The notes beneath the pieces are model-generated. The model was not told where the DNA came from. It worked only from the letters and a program-made list of their open reading frames with translations, and searched no databases. The translations under genes and the position numbers were made by a program. A stretch of DNA of 63,765 bases, filler included, from Dugesia japonica (lineage: Eukaryota): the NCBI GenBank assembly GCA_001938525.1. It is 5 parts of 5 records of this genome, joined end to end, with 100 filler letters (N's around TTAATTAATTAA, not from the genome) between each part and the next. Parts side by side here need not be neighbours in the genome. Positions count along the whole stretch, not along the records: positions 9,116 to 19,233 come from MQRL01595883.1; positions 19,334 to 32,493 come from MQRL01642154.1; 3 more parts are not named here. One strand, given 5' to 3'. This document shows positions 11,263 through 23,443 of the stretch, in pieces (the first letter of the stretch is position 1; the number at the start of each line of letters is the position of its first letter).

Positions 11263-13803
11263 TTAAAATGCTCCAGCTTTGCTAAAACTAATTCGTAAGT
11301 GATTTTTCTCAGAAAGTTTATGATTGTGAAATTCCTGAAAAAAATAACGAAAATAAATAATACGAAATGATAAAGATTCTTACAATCAAAACATGGATCG
11401 CATCTTCCACAGAATTTAATTCGAGAAGCGCCATTTTTTTATCGTTTGGCAAAAATTTGAACTTCTTAATTTCGAAGCCATTATTACGAATCATTTCTGA
11501 TAAATCTCCTTCTCCGGTAGTAGGAGGAATGTTGCTTAAATGCACAACTGGGCTAGGAGGAAAGATATTTTGATAGTTCTTTGAATTAGGTTTTTTGAAC
11601 CGGTGTAATGTGGAATTAGAATAATCTTTTGTTAATCCGTGATTAGCGTCTTCCATTGGCAATTGAATAACATTGGTTTTCGAGACATGTAAATGCATTT
11701 GCTTGCCCCATAGAAAGCAGGCGTCGAGATTTCGAATGGCCGTCATTGCTTGTTGATGATTTGCAAATTGTACCAATGCAGTGTTCTTCTTGTTAAACAT
11801 AACTTTCACCCGCATCACGTCACCGTACACGCCTAAACACACATTCAAATTATTTATTTATTAAAATTATTTAATTAAAGGAAATAATGAATATATCAAA
11901 GTTGTTCCTAAAAAACAACACAGAAAAAATAAAAACAAGAAATTGAAACAAACCTACCAAAAAGTGTAAAAAGTGCATCTGGATTTGATTTCTAAAATCA
12001 CCAACATAGTCGGAAACACGCATAAATCGGGATTCAATGAAATTTCAAGAAGTTTCAAAATTACACAAATCCAATCCAAGTTTTCAGAAAAAACCACGTG
12101 GCAAATGAAGCAAACATAAAAGTGAAAAATTAAATGTTAACTATGTAAAAATTTCTTGAAACGGTTGTAAATCACAAAATATCAGAATTGATCGATAACT
12201 TTTATCTCTGTACAACATAAATAGCACTGTGATATTTCAAGGATCATTCCTACATTACCAATATAAAAATATCTGAAACCTCAAACATAATTGGAAAAAC
12301 ATTCTTATTAACAAACACCTATGAAATTAGAGAATAAATGGTTTATGAATACACTTAGTGTAACTAATAAAAAATTAACTGAAAATAGCAATGTAGGAAT
12401 CATCGATAAAAAATTCATCACATTCTGATACCTCAAGACCCAACCGTGTAATTTTCCTATTGTTCAATGCTAAAATTTTTTTACCTCCGCATTTAAATTT
12501 GTTACAAGTACTACTGAGTTGCCACTATCTATGCCAGTATTAGAGCTAAACATGGAACTCTGTGTCTGATTTGACCCAAAACCCCAGTTGGATTGATCTG
12601 TAGACCGGTGATTCATTTGGTTGCAAGCTGCCATTAAACTTGCAGCAGCCATAGCAGCAGCAGGAGTTAATTCTACCCCAGTTTGACTGGCCATTGCTGA
12701 TAGTTGAGCTGCTAAAATTTAATGAAATTAAAAACATTACCTTCCATAACCAACTTACTAATATTACTCATAAATTGTTCATTTCCACGACTCATCGATG
12801 GTGATCTACCGACAGCAAATAAAGGAAATCCATATTGTGGCCCTTCAAGCTCTTGAAGTTCATTTCTCGTTAATGGGCTTTCTAAATAATCACGAACTTT
12901 GTCGCTTTGACGTTGAACTTGAAGAGGACCTGGATTTTTGGAAAAATCAATGCGCATAGTTCCACAATCACCGAGTAAATTTGCACCGTTTAGTTGTAAT
13001 TGAGCTACATGTGCAGCTAAAGGATTGACAAATTCCACTAGGCCATGATGCTGATTATTTTTGGTAAATGATACAATACGAATTATTTGGCCAAACCGTG
13101 AAAATATTTTATAAAACACCAAATGATTTATAACCAAATTTGGTGCATTATCAATTAATATTCTCAAGATTTCACTTGCGCCTCCAGTATTATTAGCCCA
13201 ATTCACTAAATAATGTTTTCGTTTTTCATTTGCATGTTGCACAAGTTTATCTATATTGGAATTGTTATTTCTTAAATCCAGTTGTTGATGTTTAGAAAAT
13301 TGAATAAATAAATGTTTCCCATACATAAGTGGAACACATTGATTGAAATAGTCAGCCATATCAATAGCTTCACTTATTTCTCGCATTTGTATTAAAGCTT
13401 GATTATTTTTTCGAACGAACACTATATTATCAATATATCCAAATGGAACAGCAAGCATTGCAACAGCCGTATCATCTACTTCTTGTGGAACATTACGAAT
13501 GTGAATTACCCGGGATGGTTTATTATCATTACCTTGGTCCATTTTGACCTAATAGTTGATTAATAAAATAACTTAACAAATTAAGCATGCTTTTTTATGA
13601 GAATTGTCAAAACTATTTTGAGAGAAGTCATCCACTTGATACGAATACTCATGGTCTCGCTAAACTAGATTTAAAATGTTAACTTAGGAAGCATTTTTCT
13701 TACCCTTTTACGAGTAATCTAAGTAAAATAATTAATTATTAAATATTATTATAAATTAATCTACCGCAGCATTACCGTTAGCAGCCATGTTAAAAGAAGC
13801 CAT
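11263..13803 (-). CDS. PTBP1: Polypyrimidine tract-binding protein (hnRNP I/hephaestus), 4 RRMs, 8 exons
   Basis: Predicted exons 13803-13765, 13718-13704, 13659-13591, 13548-12741, 12711-12485, 11991-11958, 11832-11384, 11334-11263. Motifs PSRVIHIRN, KIFSRFGQIIRIVSFTKNNQ, LFTLFGVYGDVMRVK, HRFKKPNSKNYQNIFPPS, HLRISFSK. Confidence 0.93.
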
Positions 13804-14849
13804 ATTTAAAAAATATTTATAAAAATAATCAGTAAAACAAACTTTACTAACGATTTTAAACAATTAACATTACGATGTTATTGTATATTTATAACATTAG
13901 TCTTTACTCATTCATAATTTTAAAAACTAATCAAGAAATATTTTAATAATAAATTAAAATCATTTCAAAAAATTGTGTTTAAATAGCTTATTAATTCTTT
14001 ATCTAATTTTGTAACTCAAAGAAATTTTTAAGTCGAGATTTTCATTGATATAAAATTTTTAACAATTACACATTAGTTCTCCAAAATAAATTTATCAATA
14101 ATTTTAAATTACTACATAAAATATGTAGAGGTAAAACACCATTTTTGAAAAATCAAGCGTTAAAAATAAATTTATATTAAAAAATATAACCCACNAATAC
14201 TTCGAATAAAAGCAAGTATATTACAAAATGGAAAAATAAAACCAGAAAATAAAATAAAAATTATTTGAATCAAAATATCATATATTTTTTAAATAAGTTA
14301 AATAAACACAAACTTCGTGCAAATGATGCATGAATCAAAAGTAATATCGATGGTTGAAAAATGAAAGCCAGTAAAGTAAAATGAATATATACAGTGGGTT
14401 AAAACAGTAAGAGGAATGAGTTTAAGAATGAAGCACGTGTATATGTTAAACAGGGTTACGGATAAATTAAAACAAAAGATGGTGAAATACCTCGAATAGA
14501 ATAAATATTTGAATTGAAAAGATTAATAGTAAAAAATTAATTAACTTAAATAAAGAGTTTAAGGACAAAAAGAAACAATAAAACGGGGAAAATAAAGAAT
14601 CCGTGCAAAGAATTGTTATGCAAAATGAAAAAGAAACAGAAAAGAAACATGACCACGTTCATAGAAACTATAAAGATGATGAACTAGAACACAAGAGAAC
14701 GCATGAAAGATGAATATTAAAAGAGACATAGAAATTTAGTTTGGTGGTGCACGAGAGATGGTTGGGGAAAAAATAAAGTCATTTTGATTATTTTACAATT
14801 GCAATTATTGCGAGAATAATTGGTGGATGTAACCATTGATCGTTTTTTA

Positions 14850-15033
14850 GAATTCATTTAAAATAAAAGCTTCGATCATAATTTGTTTTTTCGGTTTTTG
14901 ATAACAATTCTATATTTCGACTTTGTCTTCTTTAGGAAAGTCAATTACTGAAGAAGACAAAGTCGAAATTTAGAATTGTTATTAAAAACCTATAAAATAA
15001 ATGTTGATCGAAGTTTTTATTTTAAATGAATTC
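14850..15033. repeat. ~185-bp near-perfect foldback palindrome (MITE-like)
   Basis: GAATTCATTTAAAATAAAA...TTCGACTTTGTCTTCTT mirrored by AAGAAGACAAAGTCGAA...TTTTATTTTAAATGAATTC; a diverged relative lies at ~48470-48880. Confidence 0.75.
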
Positions 15034-15286
15034 ATTTAGATTAACTCAAAGAGAGGAACGAGTGCTGGGTCATGATATTTATATTTATGAGTCTTAAGTT
15101 GAATGAAGAATTATTTGGAATGAGATAAACTTTTAAAACTGGAGTTTTGAAATTGTATATAAAAGTATCATTATTATCATAAAAAAAAATTATTATTATT
15201 ATTATTAAAAAAAAAATTAATAATAATAATAATAACACCCTATTTTCATTTTTAACTCAATCATTCCAAATTATTATTATTATTAT

Positions 15287-17382
15287 TAGGGGTTCCGACT
15301 ATTCATCATTTTCAACTATTCGGATATCGAATAATAAAACTGAAACTATCCGGATAGTTTCAATTAGTATGAAAATAACCAAACATTACTACATATATAA
15401 ATTTATATACTAAAATAATACATTAAAAACAAGTTAATTGGCAATATAAGTCATTTATACAGATTTTAAAATTCATGTTTTAAAAATAAGAGAGAATTGA
15501 ATGTATCATATTTTAAAGTTGATCTTATTTTGGTTTTAATTTATCCTGCTGTTAAAAATTCTCGTTCAGTTGCTGTTGATGTTGGTTTTATAGTTAGAAG
15601 TGTTTTAAACAACACGTCCACTTTGCAGATATATCATAAGTGTGATTATTTTTTTATGTCTGCGTTCGTTCATTCTCTTTTTTTGCATGTAAAAATTCTT
15701 CACTTAATGAACTTCCTAATTTTTCTTAAATACAAATTTATAAACTCCCTCGGCCGTTGATAATATTGCATAGCTCTTTAATAGCAACTTCCATTAGAGC
15801 CAGAATATCAAGCAGATTTCTTAAAATTGTTAATTCACTTTCAGAAACAATATCTAAATTCATATACGCCAATATTTTATGAACAGGGTCAGCTACTCAT
15901 TTTATCATGACAATCATTGAATTCCACGGAAATTTTATCTCCAACAATAGCTTTTGTAAAATTGAATTTTTTACGGGTAATTTTTTGAGGGTTTTCTAAT
16001 TTTTTGAGTTTTTATAGTACGATTCCGATATTATTTTGCATTAAATAGTTTTCTTCCTTGACTACTTCAACGTTATGAGGTACATCTTGCATTGTTTCTT
16101 CACAATTATTTTAAGGCATTTCTTTGTCTGAATCGTCGATATTATCAAGAATGTTTTCATCGCTATCATTTTCTTCTTGCTGACAATGCCGAGAAATATC
16201 TTTCTTCTTATATAGGCAATCCACTACTGCCAAATGCAATGCATGATTGAAGCAAAATTGATTAATAATATTTAAGATGGTTCCATACTTTTTCATAACA
16301 GCCGCACCATTACTAGTTGAAGCAATCACATCACTTTCAATATTATTATCAAATTCTTTCAATTTTTTTACTATTAGCCTTTTAATGTTTTCAGCATTTC
16401 CATTGCCTTTGATTTCACATAGCTCCAAAACGTGTAATTCAAAAGTTTTACCATCAGCTCCAAAAACGTGAACAGTTACATTTTAATATCGTGTGATAGA
16501 AAATAATCGATTCTCCATCTTGCAATTTTGAAAAGTAATTCGAAGCTTGTCACGTTTTTCTTCGTTAAATTGGATAATTTTTTATGTTATTGTCGTAGCA
16601 CTTTTAGGCATTATGTACCCTTTAGATTCCACATAGCCCTCGATAGCTTTTGATTTTGCCATAGCCATAATAGACATGCCATCAACTGCAGCGACTCTTG
16701 ATAAAATTTCCTGCAACGATTCTTTCTTCATAAAATTCAAAATTGTGATTTGTCGGTTTTTCAATTTTTTTTATCGATCATTCTCTATGATAGTATAATC
16801 ATTCATAGTTTTATTTAGAGAAATATTACAAGATTTTAGATGATTTATCATAGGAGTAGTTGAGAATCCTTTGGATCCAATAATTATGCCACATTTATTA
16901 CACACCGCTGACTTCAAATTATTATCTTTTCTCATAAAATGATTCCATACTTTCGAGCGTCTTGACATAGCTAAAATTTTATACAAAATTATTAAAACTA
17001 TTAAAATTACTAAAATTATTGAAATTATTAAAATTTTAAACAAAAAATTATTAAATATATTTTAATAAACAAGAAATTACCGCCTAAAATTTCGACATTA
17101 AAGGATTTTTATGCCTCGAGTCCAAGCCGATTTGTCGAACTTAAGATAACAAAATAAGATATTCATAATATTCAATTTTGGCGAAGGGAAAAAAAACTAC
17201 CCCTAAGTAATGGTTTTTCCCGGGTAGTAAATACACCAGTATTCATATCATCTTTCGTCAATTTTGTAAAATATTTCATTAAAATTTATAACAAATACTA
17301 TTCAGATATTTCCTCAAATATCTGGATATCGAATAGTTAAAAAAAGGCTGGATATATCCGGATATACAAGTTGGAATCCCTA
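15287..17382 (-). mobile_element. Decayed hAT DNA transposon with TIRs and 8-bp TSD
   Basis: TIRs TAGGGGTTCCGACT / TAGGGATTCCAACT, TSD ATTATTAT, subterminal TATCCGGATA repeats. BED finger (16771-16968), TSNGAAVMK..CFNHALHL (16111-16428), and dimerisation motif IKPTSTATEREF (~15560-15600). Confidence 0.88.
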
Positions 17383-17398
17383 ATTATTATTATTATTA

Positions 17399-19233
17399 TT
17401 ATCGGGTGAAACACCATAAAAAAATTATAAAAAATTTCGGGGACCCAAACAAACAAGTAATTAATCCAATTAAAAACATTAAATTTGAAAAAATCACGTT
17501 AAGGTAATAATTTTGGTCAGAAAGCTCGGAAAGAGACGAAGTAAAAAATTTAGATGCTTCTAGAGACAAGAAATTCGAAGGAGAAAAATGTTAAAGAAGA
17601 CAAACCAGTGAGAGACCATGAAAGACATGAAGAATAAATACAGAAATATTTGTGACGACTAAAAATAGAAGCCAGTACAAGACAAAGAGAAGTGAAAATT
17701 TAAAATACTCTTCAATTAACTATAGTTAAGAAGTAGAGGAAAAGAGAGAACCAATTAAAATTTTGTTGGCGTAATAATTCAGAGGTATATAACCTCCCAA
17801 ATTTTANNNNNNNNNNNNNNNNNNNNNNNNNNNNNNNNNNNNNNNNNNNNNNNNNNAATTTCGGGGACCCAAACAAACAAGTAATTAATCCAATTAAAAA
17901 CATTAAATTTGAAAAAATCACGTTAAGGTAATAATTTTGGTCAGAAAGCTCGGAAAGAGACGAAGTAAAAAATTTAGATGCTTCTAGAGACAAGAAATTC
18001 GAAGGAGAAAAATGTTAAAGANNNNNNNNNNNNNNNNNNNNNNNNNNNNNNNNNNNNNNNNNNNNNNNNNNNNNNNNNNNNNNNNNNNNNNNNNNNNNNN
18101 NNNNNNNNNNNNNNNNNNNNNNNNNNNNNNNNNNNNNNNNNNNNNNNNNNNNNNNNNNNNNNNNNNNNNNNNNNNNNNNNNNNNNNNNNNNNNNNNNNNN
18201 NNNNNNNNNNNNNNNNNNNNNNNNNNNNNNNAATTTTTCAGACATTTTTCGTGGTTTTAAAAAACAATAAACTAACCTGACAACAAATTCGATAAACTTT
18301 TTAAAAGGGATTGTTCAACTTAATTTTAAAGCTTACTGTTGCGATTATGATTTTAATTATAGTTTTGAAAAACTTCGCGTTGCAGAATTATAAAATAAAC
18401 AAGTATGGAGTTTATATATTTGTAATTTATGCACTGATTATTTGAATAAATTTACTACTATTTTAAATTAGTTATTTTTATTTGGGAGTATGTATTTTCA
18501 TGCTATTACTGGTTGGTTTGCCTTTAAAATCGATTGAACAAGTAATACAATGAATAACCAACTAGAGTTGTAATCATATCTCCGTCATAAAATCATTTAA
18601 CCTGCATAATTAAGAAAAGTTAGGTCGGGAAATAATAGTATAATTTTTTCTGTATAGAAATTATATAAACCTTGGTTCTGCAGAAAATGATAACCAAAAG
18701 TTAAACCCCCTTACAAGTCCCTATTTTTCTAGACATATTATTTTATTATTCTAGACAAATTATAATTCTGTAACCAATTACATTCGATAGAAAACGCTCA
18801 CTATAAACATTCCGAGTAATAGTGCTGCCACATATCTTGCAAACATTCATCGCGCTGGTACGATAATCATTGATCCTACTGGCGTGTCACTTATTAATTA
18901 AGACATCTGTATCAAACACAAGATAAATACTAATCGGCTATGAATTGGATTGTGCCAATTTTTCTGACTCTTATGACCAAATTAAATAGACGAATAGTCG
19001 ATACTATTGATACGCGCGTTGCTTTTATCTTTATTGCTAACACGAGTGTTACTAATATCTCTATTATGACTATGACGACTATTATTGCTTAATATTATTA
19101 TAATTATTATTATGATTATTATTATGATTATTATGATAGTTAAAAAATAGTGATTATTTTAACAGTCAATTTTGTTTGAATAATACAAAATATATATTCT
19201 TAAATAAATCCTTAATATTAATGACAAGTCTTT
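17399..19233 (+). mobile_element. Partial copy of the contig 3 LTR-like family, opposite orientation
   Basis: Starts GGGTGAAACACC after (ATT)n, then CCAAT and TATA boxes and an ATT-rich stretch near 19080-19140. Confidence 0.4.
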
Positions 19234-19277
19234 NNNNNNNNNNNNNNNNNNNNNNNNNNNNNNNNNNNNNNNNNNNN

Positions 19278-19289
19278 TTAATTAATTAA
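19278..19289. other. Artificial contig-joining linker
   Basis: N44-TTAATTAATTAA-N44. Confidence 0.95.
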
Positions 19290-19333
19290 NNNNNNNNNNN
19301 NNNNNNNNNNNNNNNNNNNNNNNNNNNNNNNNN

Positions 19334-19405
<72 letters not shown>

Positions 19406-19834
19406 GTGTTGGGGTCCCACCTGAGTTTGGTATTGAAACAATGGATGGCTGAAGAAAAAATAGTCCTCAGTGGACCCTTTCAAGAATTTAACCTAAAGTG
19501 CCTCTCTACTAAAAGACGGCATATTATTCTGTGACATCGTCGTCGGCTATTAGGAACGGTAATTTGAGGCACTAAATAAAAGGACATTATTGACATTCAT
19601 AACTCGCATATGACACTAAATAAATGTAAATGTAAGAAATAATCGGACGAACAGAAACACAAGAAAAAATGTTATTATACCACATTTAGACAAAGTTTAC
19701 GGACGAGAGGTTTGGACACCTTTGTCCACCATAAGTGGTGTCAGTGCCATAATTTTCCTTAAATTCAGAAAATCGCCAACCAGTTTATTCTCTCTGTCTT
19801 GGTAGGACCGGATAAGCTCGGTAAGTCATTCCAA

Positions 19835-20086
19835 TTAGGCTTTCCAAACCCTTTCTTGCTGGTGCGATGCCTCGGCTTCTGCTTTAAAAGCCAGGCACTT
19901 CTTTTTATAGAACCGGACTTCGGCATCAGCAGATGCAACATCAGCTTCCCAGCGGCGCTTGGCCAATTTATAGAGATCCCAAGTGATTTCGGTTTCAACA
20001 CTGGAATCTCTCATTTTCTTAGTAGGTGCCACCGCTCGGTTAATGACGACTGCACTGGAATATAGAACAGTAAATGAAGTCGACAA
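19835..20086 (-). pseudogene. Coiled-coil accessory ORF of outer element (homolog of 22134-22492)
   Basis: VINR..APTKK.R..SV..E.T.DLY...KR.WEA...A.A.V..Y..KCL.FKAE shared between the copies. Confidence 0.5.
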
Positions 20087-20408
20087 ATATCAAGTAGCAG
20101 TCTTAACAAAATACGCGACCCCCCCCCGTATTTTAATATAGAGTTAATACTTCAAAACTTCCTAGTTTTACTTTCTATTAGAGGGACAAAGTGAACAAGT
20201 ATCGGAAGAACAATAAGTAAGCTATATAATTTATTATTAAGACATTGAACACAAGGATACTATTTGGTAGACCGCGTACTAGCAATAATCGTCTACAATT
20301 ACTGGTTTTTCTCTGGATGGGGAACCGGCTCTACGTTCTCGAAGTTTTCTGTACCCCCGGGTTCCCTAACTCCCCAAAGTAAGTTTTATATAAAGGCTTG
20401 TACAACCG

Positions 20409-20645
20409 TCATCGGAGTCGGGGCTGATAGCTGAACGGGGTTGCTAGATTATGTATTAGTCTATTCCAGCTCTGATAATTTTGGCGTTCCCCAAAATTCT
20501 GGATCCGGTTTACTATCACCTCTACTGAGGGTAAATTGGATTGATCATTTAGAATTCCCGCGTCTCGATTATACGGGTACCTATGTCGCCGAAAAATAAT
20601 GCGACGAGTCCGTTGGTCGATCACTCTCTCCCATATAAATTCCAT
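20409..20645 (-). CDS. Small basic accessory ORF of outer element (homolog of 22766-23116)
   Basis: ME.IWERV.D.RTRRI.F.R...P.NRDAGIL.D.SNLP shared; acceptor TTGCAG 1 nt before the ATG. Confidence 0.55.
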   Translation of the reverse strand: MEFIWERVIDQRTRRIIFRRHRYPYNRDAGILNDQSNLPSVEVIVNRIQNFGERQNYQSWNRLIHNLATPFSYQPRLR

Positions 20646-21594
20646 CCTGCAATGAATAAACACAATTTGTATTTTTTTATCATTATGTGAATTATTAAAA
20701 TATAAATGAGTTTGCTGAACAAAATAAACAATACAGCTCAATTAAAACAAGATTTCGATAATAGTACTAATAGAGTATATTTATCCGCAATCATCATTAA
20801 CACACAAATTTATGTCTTGTTTCAACATCTAAATCCATCTGGATGTTTTTCATTAAGGGAAAGAGTTCAATGAAGCAACGGAGATCCGTATCGTCCGGAT
20901 GCAGAACGAGATTAGGTGCTATCAGGTGCCCGATTAATTAACGTTTGCGAGATCTCTCGCGCTCTTGATGCATTACCCGGAGAGTCTTTACCAAGATATC
21001 AGACATGGAATACCTAAATCAGATTTAGCATTACAATACAATAAACGGGATGTCAAAAGTTTTAGCGATTCATCGGTTACATTTAGAGACTATGATGGCG
21101 ACTTCACCGTTGTGGTGGCAATAATGCCGATCAGAATAATATTTAATAATATACATGTGGTTTCTCGTAACAGAATTAATTTTGATATTAAAGTTAAAGT
21201 TGATAATGACCGTCATTTAAATGGTAGTACTATTACCCAATTTTAATGATATGCACCATAAAACTTGCAAAAAATACAATATAATAATAATAACACGCGT
21301 ATAATGAGGGTACCAATGCTAAACGTTCTAACGATGTTTAGATTACTATTGCCACTACGAATAACAGCAAGGTTAATCATAATAATGATAACAATAATGT
21401 TGGGGTTTCACCTGAAAAAATAAATATATAATGGCTGGGGAAAAACAGCCCTCAGGGAACCCTTTCAAGAATTTAAACCCAACGCCCCTCAGTTGGATCT
21501 TCAGTGCAGAGCGGTTGACCTTCGACCTTTACGGGAGTTTCTCACTCGTACACCTTTAATTCGGGTTCATTATTTCCCTTATCTTATATAAATA

Positions 21595-21970
21595 TCAAAA
21601 TCTGTAACACTGAAAATATTTATTACAATCAATTCCCAACTTGTCTAACACGCTTGGATCCAACGATTGGTCTGGATCTGTCGCTAAAGAGCCGAAAGCA
21701 GCGATGTCGTCATTATCGTCCCAAGGGACCCAATCTGGATTGGCAATCTGTCGTGAAAGATCGGCGATATACTGTTTAAGGAATTCAGTCTTTCTCACCA
21801 GCAACTGCTTGTTCTCGGTCTCGAGTGCTTTAGTTTGAATCGCTAAATCGTTTTGCGTTTTAACGATGAAATCTAACTTCTTTATAAGCTTGTCTCGCTG
21901 GGCGAGATGTCTTAGTAGGGCCCTATCCGCCTTACGCTTTAGATGCCGTTCGACAAGAAGTCGTCACATA
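21595..21970 (-). pseudogene. Basic-region plus coiled-coil (bZIP-like) accessory ORF of inner element
   Basis: Manual extension: RHLKRKADRALLRHLAQRDKLIKKLDFIVKTQNDLAIQTKALETENKQLLVRKTEFLKQYIADL; a TGA follows the putative ATG directly. Confidence 0.35.
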
Positions 21971-22133
21971 ATACGATGGCACCTTCGGAGGCTGTTGGGG
22001 AAATTAATTCGTGTCACTAAATAAAAATTATAGTTAAGTTGACAAAAAACCAAATTTGAAATTAGAGAAACAAATTAGACAAGATACGACCAAAATAATT
22101 TATTAAAGGCAACGACATAGTAGATATGACAAC

Positions 22134-22492
22134 TCAGGAGCGGTTAGTCTGAGTACCTTTATCAATCAGGAGGGGGGCTAATGGGGTAGCGGCCCTCAAC
22201 TTCACTATATTATCTAATAGTTGATTTTCACGCTCTTGGTAGGATTTGATAATCGTGGCAAAGGTTTCGACTTGGGACTTCCACACCCTCTCTTGATTCT
22301 GGGTGGCGTCCATCTCGGCTTTAAAAGATAAACATTTCCGTCTATAACGTTTCACCTTAGCTTCGGCCTCGGCGATCTCGGCTTCCCACTGCCTTTTAGT
22401 TAGTCAATAAAGATCCCGTGTGAGTTCCATATCCACACTATCCTCTCGTAATTTTTTAGTCGGGGCCTGGGATCTATTTAATGACGAATGCA
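22134..22492 (-). pseudogene. Coiled-coil accessory exon/ORF of inner element (one internal TGA)
   Basis: Follows a TTTCAG acceptor; homologous to 19835-20086; AATAAA downstream. Confidence 0.5.
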
Positions 22493-22765
22493 CTGAAATA
22501 TAAACATTTAAAAGACGGTACACTTTACCAGATGTTAATTACTAACAGAAAAGCTAGGTAGTCTGGTTCACCAATAATAAGTGGAGTTGATAAGGTTAAT
22601 CCAGCTTAATAACATCACTCTGTTTTGCTATTATTTTACTTTTAAAGACTCTCATTAAGTCCAATCTCATTCCATTATTAGTGGGATGTCATTTTACAAA
22701 ACAAAAAATTAATAAAAGTAACCATAACTAAAACCTTTATTTATTTATATCGAACAACTAAAAGG

Positions 22766-23116
22766 TTACTGGGAATTATTACTATTGTCGAAGTTGGGGG
22801 CGGTGTTTTTAACATCAGTTACACCATTCGGCTCCCTGACTCCCCAGAGAAGGTTCGAGATGAAAGCTTGCACTACGGTTGGGGGAGCTGGAGGTTGATA
22901 ACGGAATGGAGTGGCGTGGTTACGCTCAGGCCCATTCCACTGACTAAAGTTCAGACGTTCTCCAAAGCTCTGGATACGAGCAACAGCAGCTTTGACGGGG
23001 GGTAGATTGGATCTATCTACTAAAATCCCCGCGTCGCGATTGTGTGGATTATGATAACGTTTAAAGAATATTCGTCGAGTCCGTCTGTCGACGACTCGTT
23101 CCCAGATGGATTCCAT
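22766..23116 (-). CDS. Small basic accessory ORF of inner element
   Basis: TTTTATTAG acceptor 2 nt before the ATG; AATAAA just after the stop; homolog at 20409-20645. Confidence 0.6.
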   Translation of the reverse strand: MESIWERVVDRRTRRIFFKRYHNPHNRDAGILVDRSNLPPVKAAVARIQSFGERLNFSQWNGPERNHATPFRYQPPAPPTVVQAFISNLLWGVREPNGVTDVKNTAPNFDNSNNSQ

Positions 23117-23257
23117 TCCTAATAAAAACAAGAATTGGTTTAATTACTAATATAAAACTTTCTTTTAAATAAGATGTTAGTGGAAAAGTAAACAATAGAG
23201 CGAAAGCATCTAAGTATATTTTAGTCAGATAACAGTAGGTGGCGAAGTTCGATCCGG

Positions 23258-23443
23258 CTATAAAGGCGTATTCTCTGCAACTGGAGTCTCTGAGGTGAAC
23301 ATCTTCTCGAAACAGCGGAGATCTGTCTCATCCGGATGTTCGATCCTACCCTTGGTTAAGAGATGAGCAATGAGCTGTTTTAGCCGAGTAGTTTGACGTC
23401 GACATCTTATCCATGTGAGGGTGCGGCTCAACTCGGGTGACAT
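23258..23443 (-). CDS. 61-aa accessory ORF containing PDETDLRCFE (LxCxE-like)
   Basis: Acceptor TTTATTTAG 2 nt before the ATG; homolog with HPDDTDLRCFIE at ~20820-21006. Confidence 0.55.
   Translation of the reverse strand: MSPELSRTLTWIRCRRQTTRLKQLIAHLLTKGRIEHPDETDLRCFEKMFTSETPVAENTPL

Noticed and set aside
17430-18021. ~165-bp exact direct repeat either side of an N gap
   Set aside because: Typical scaffold-gap overlap artefact.
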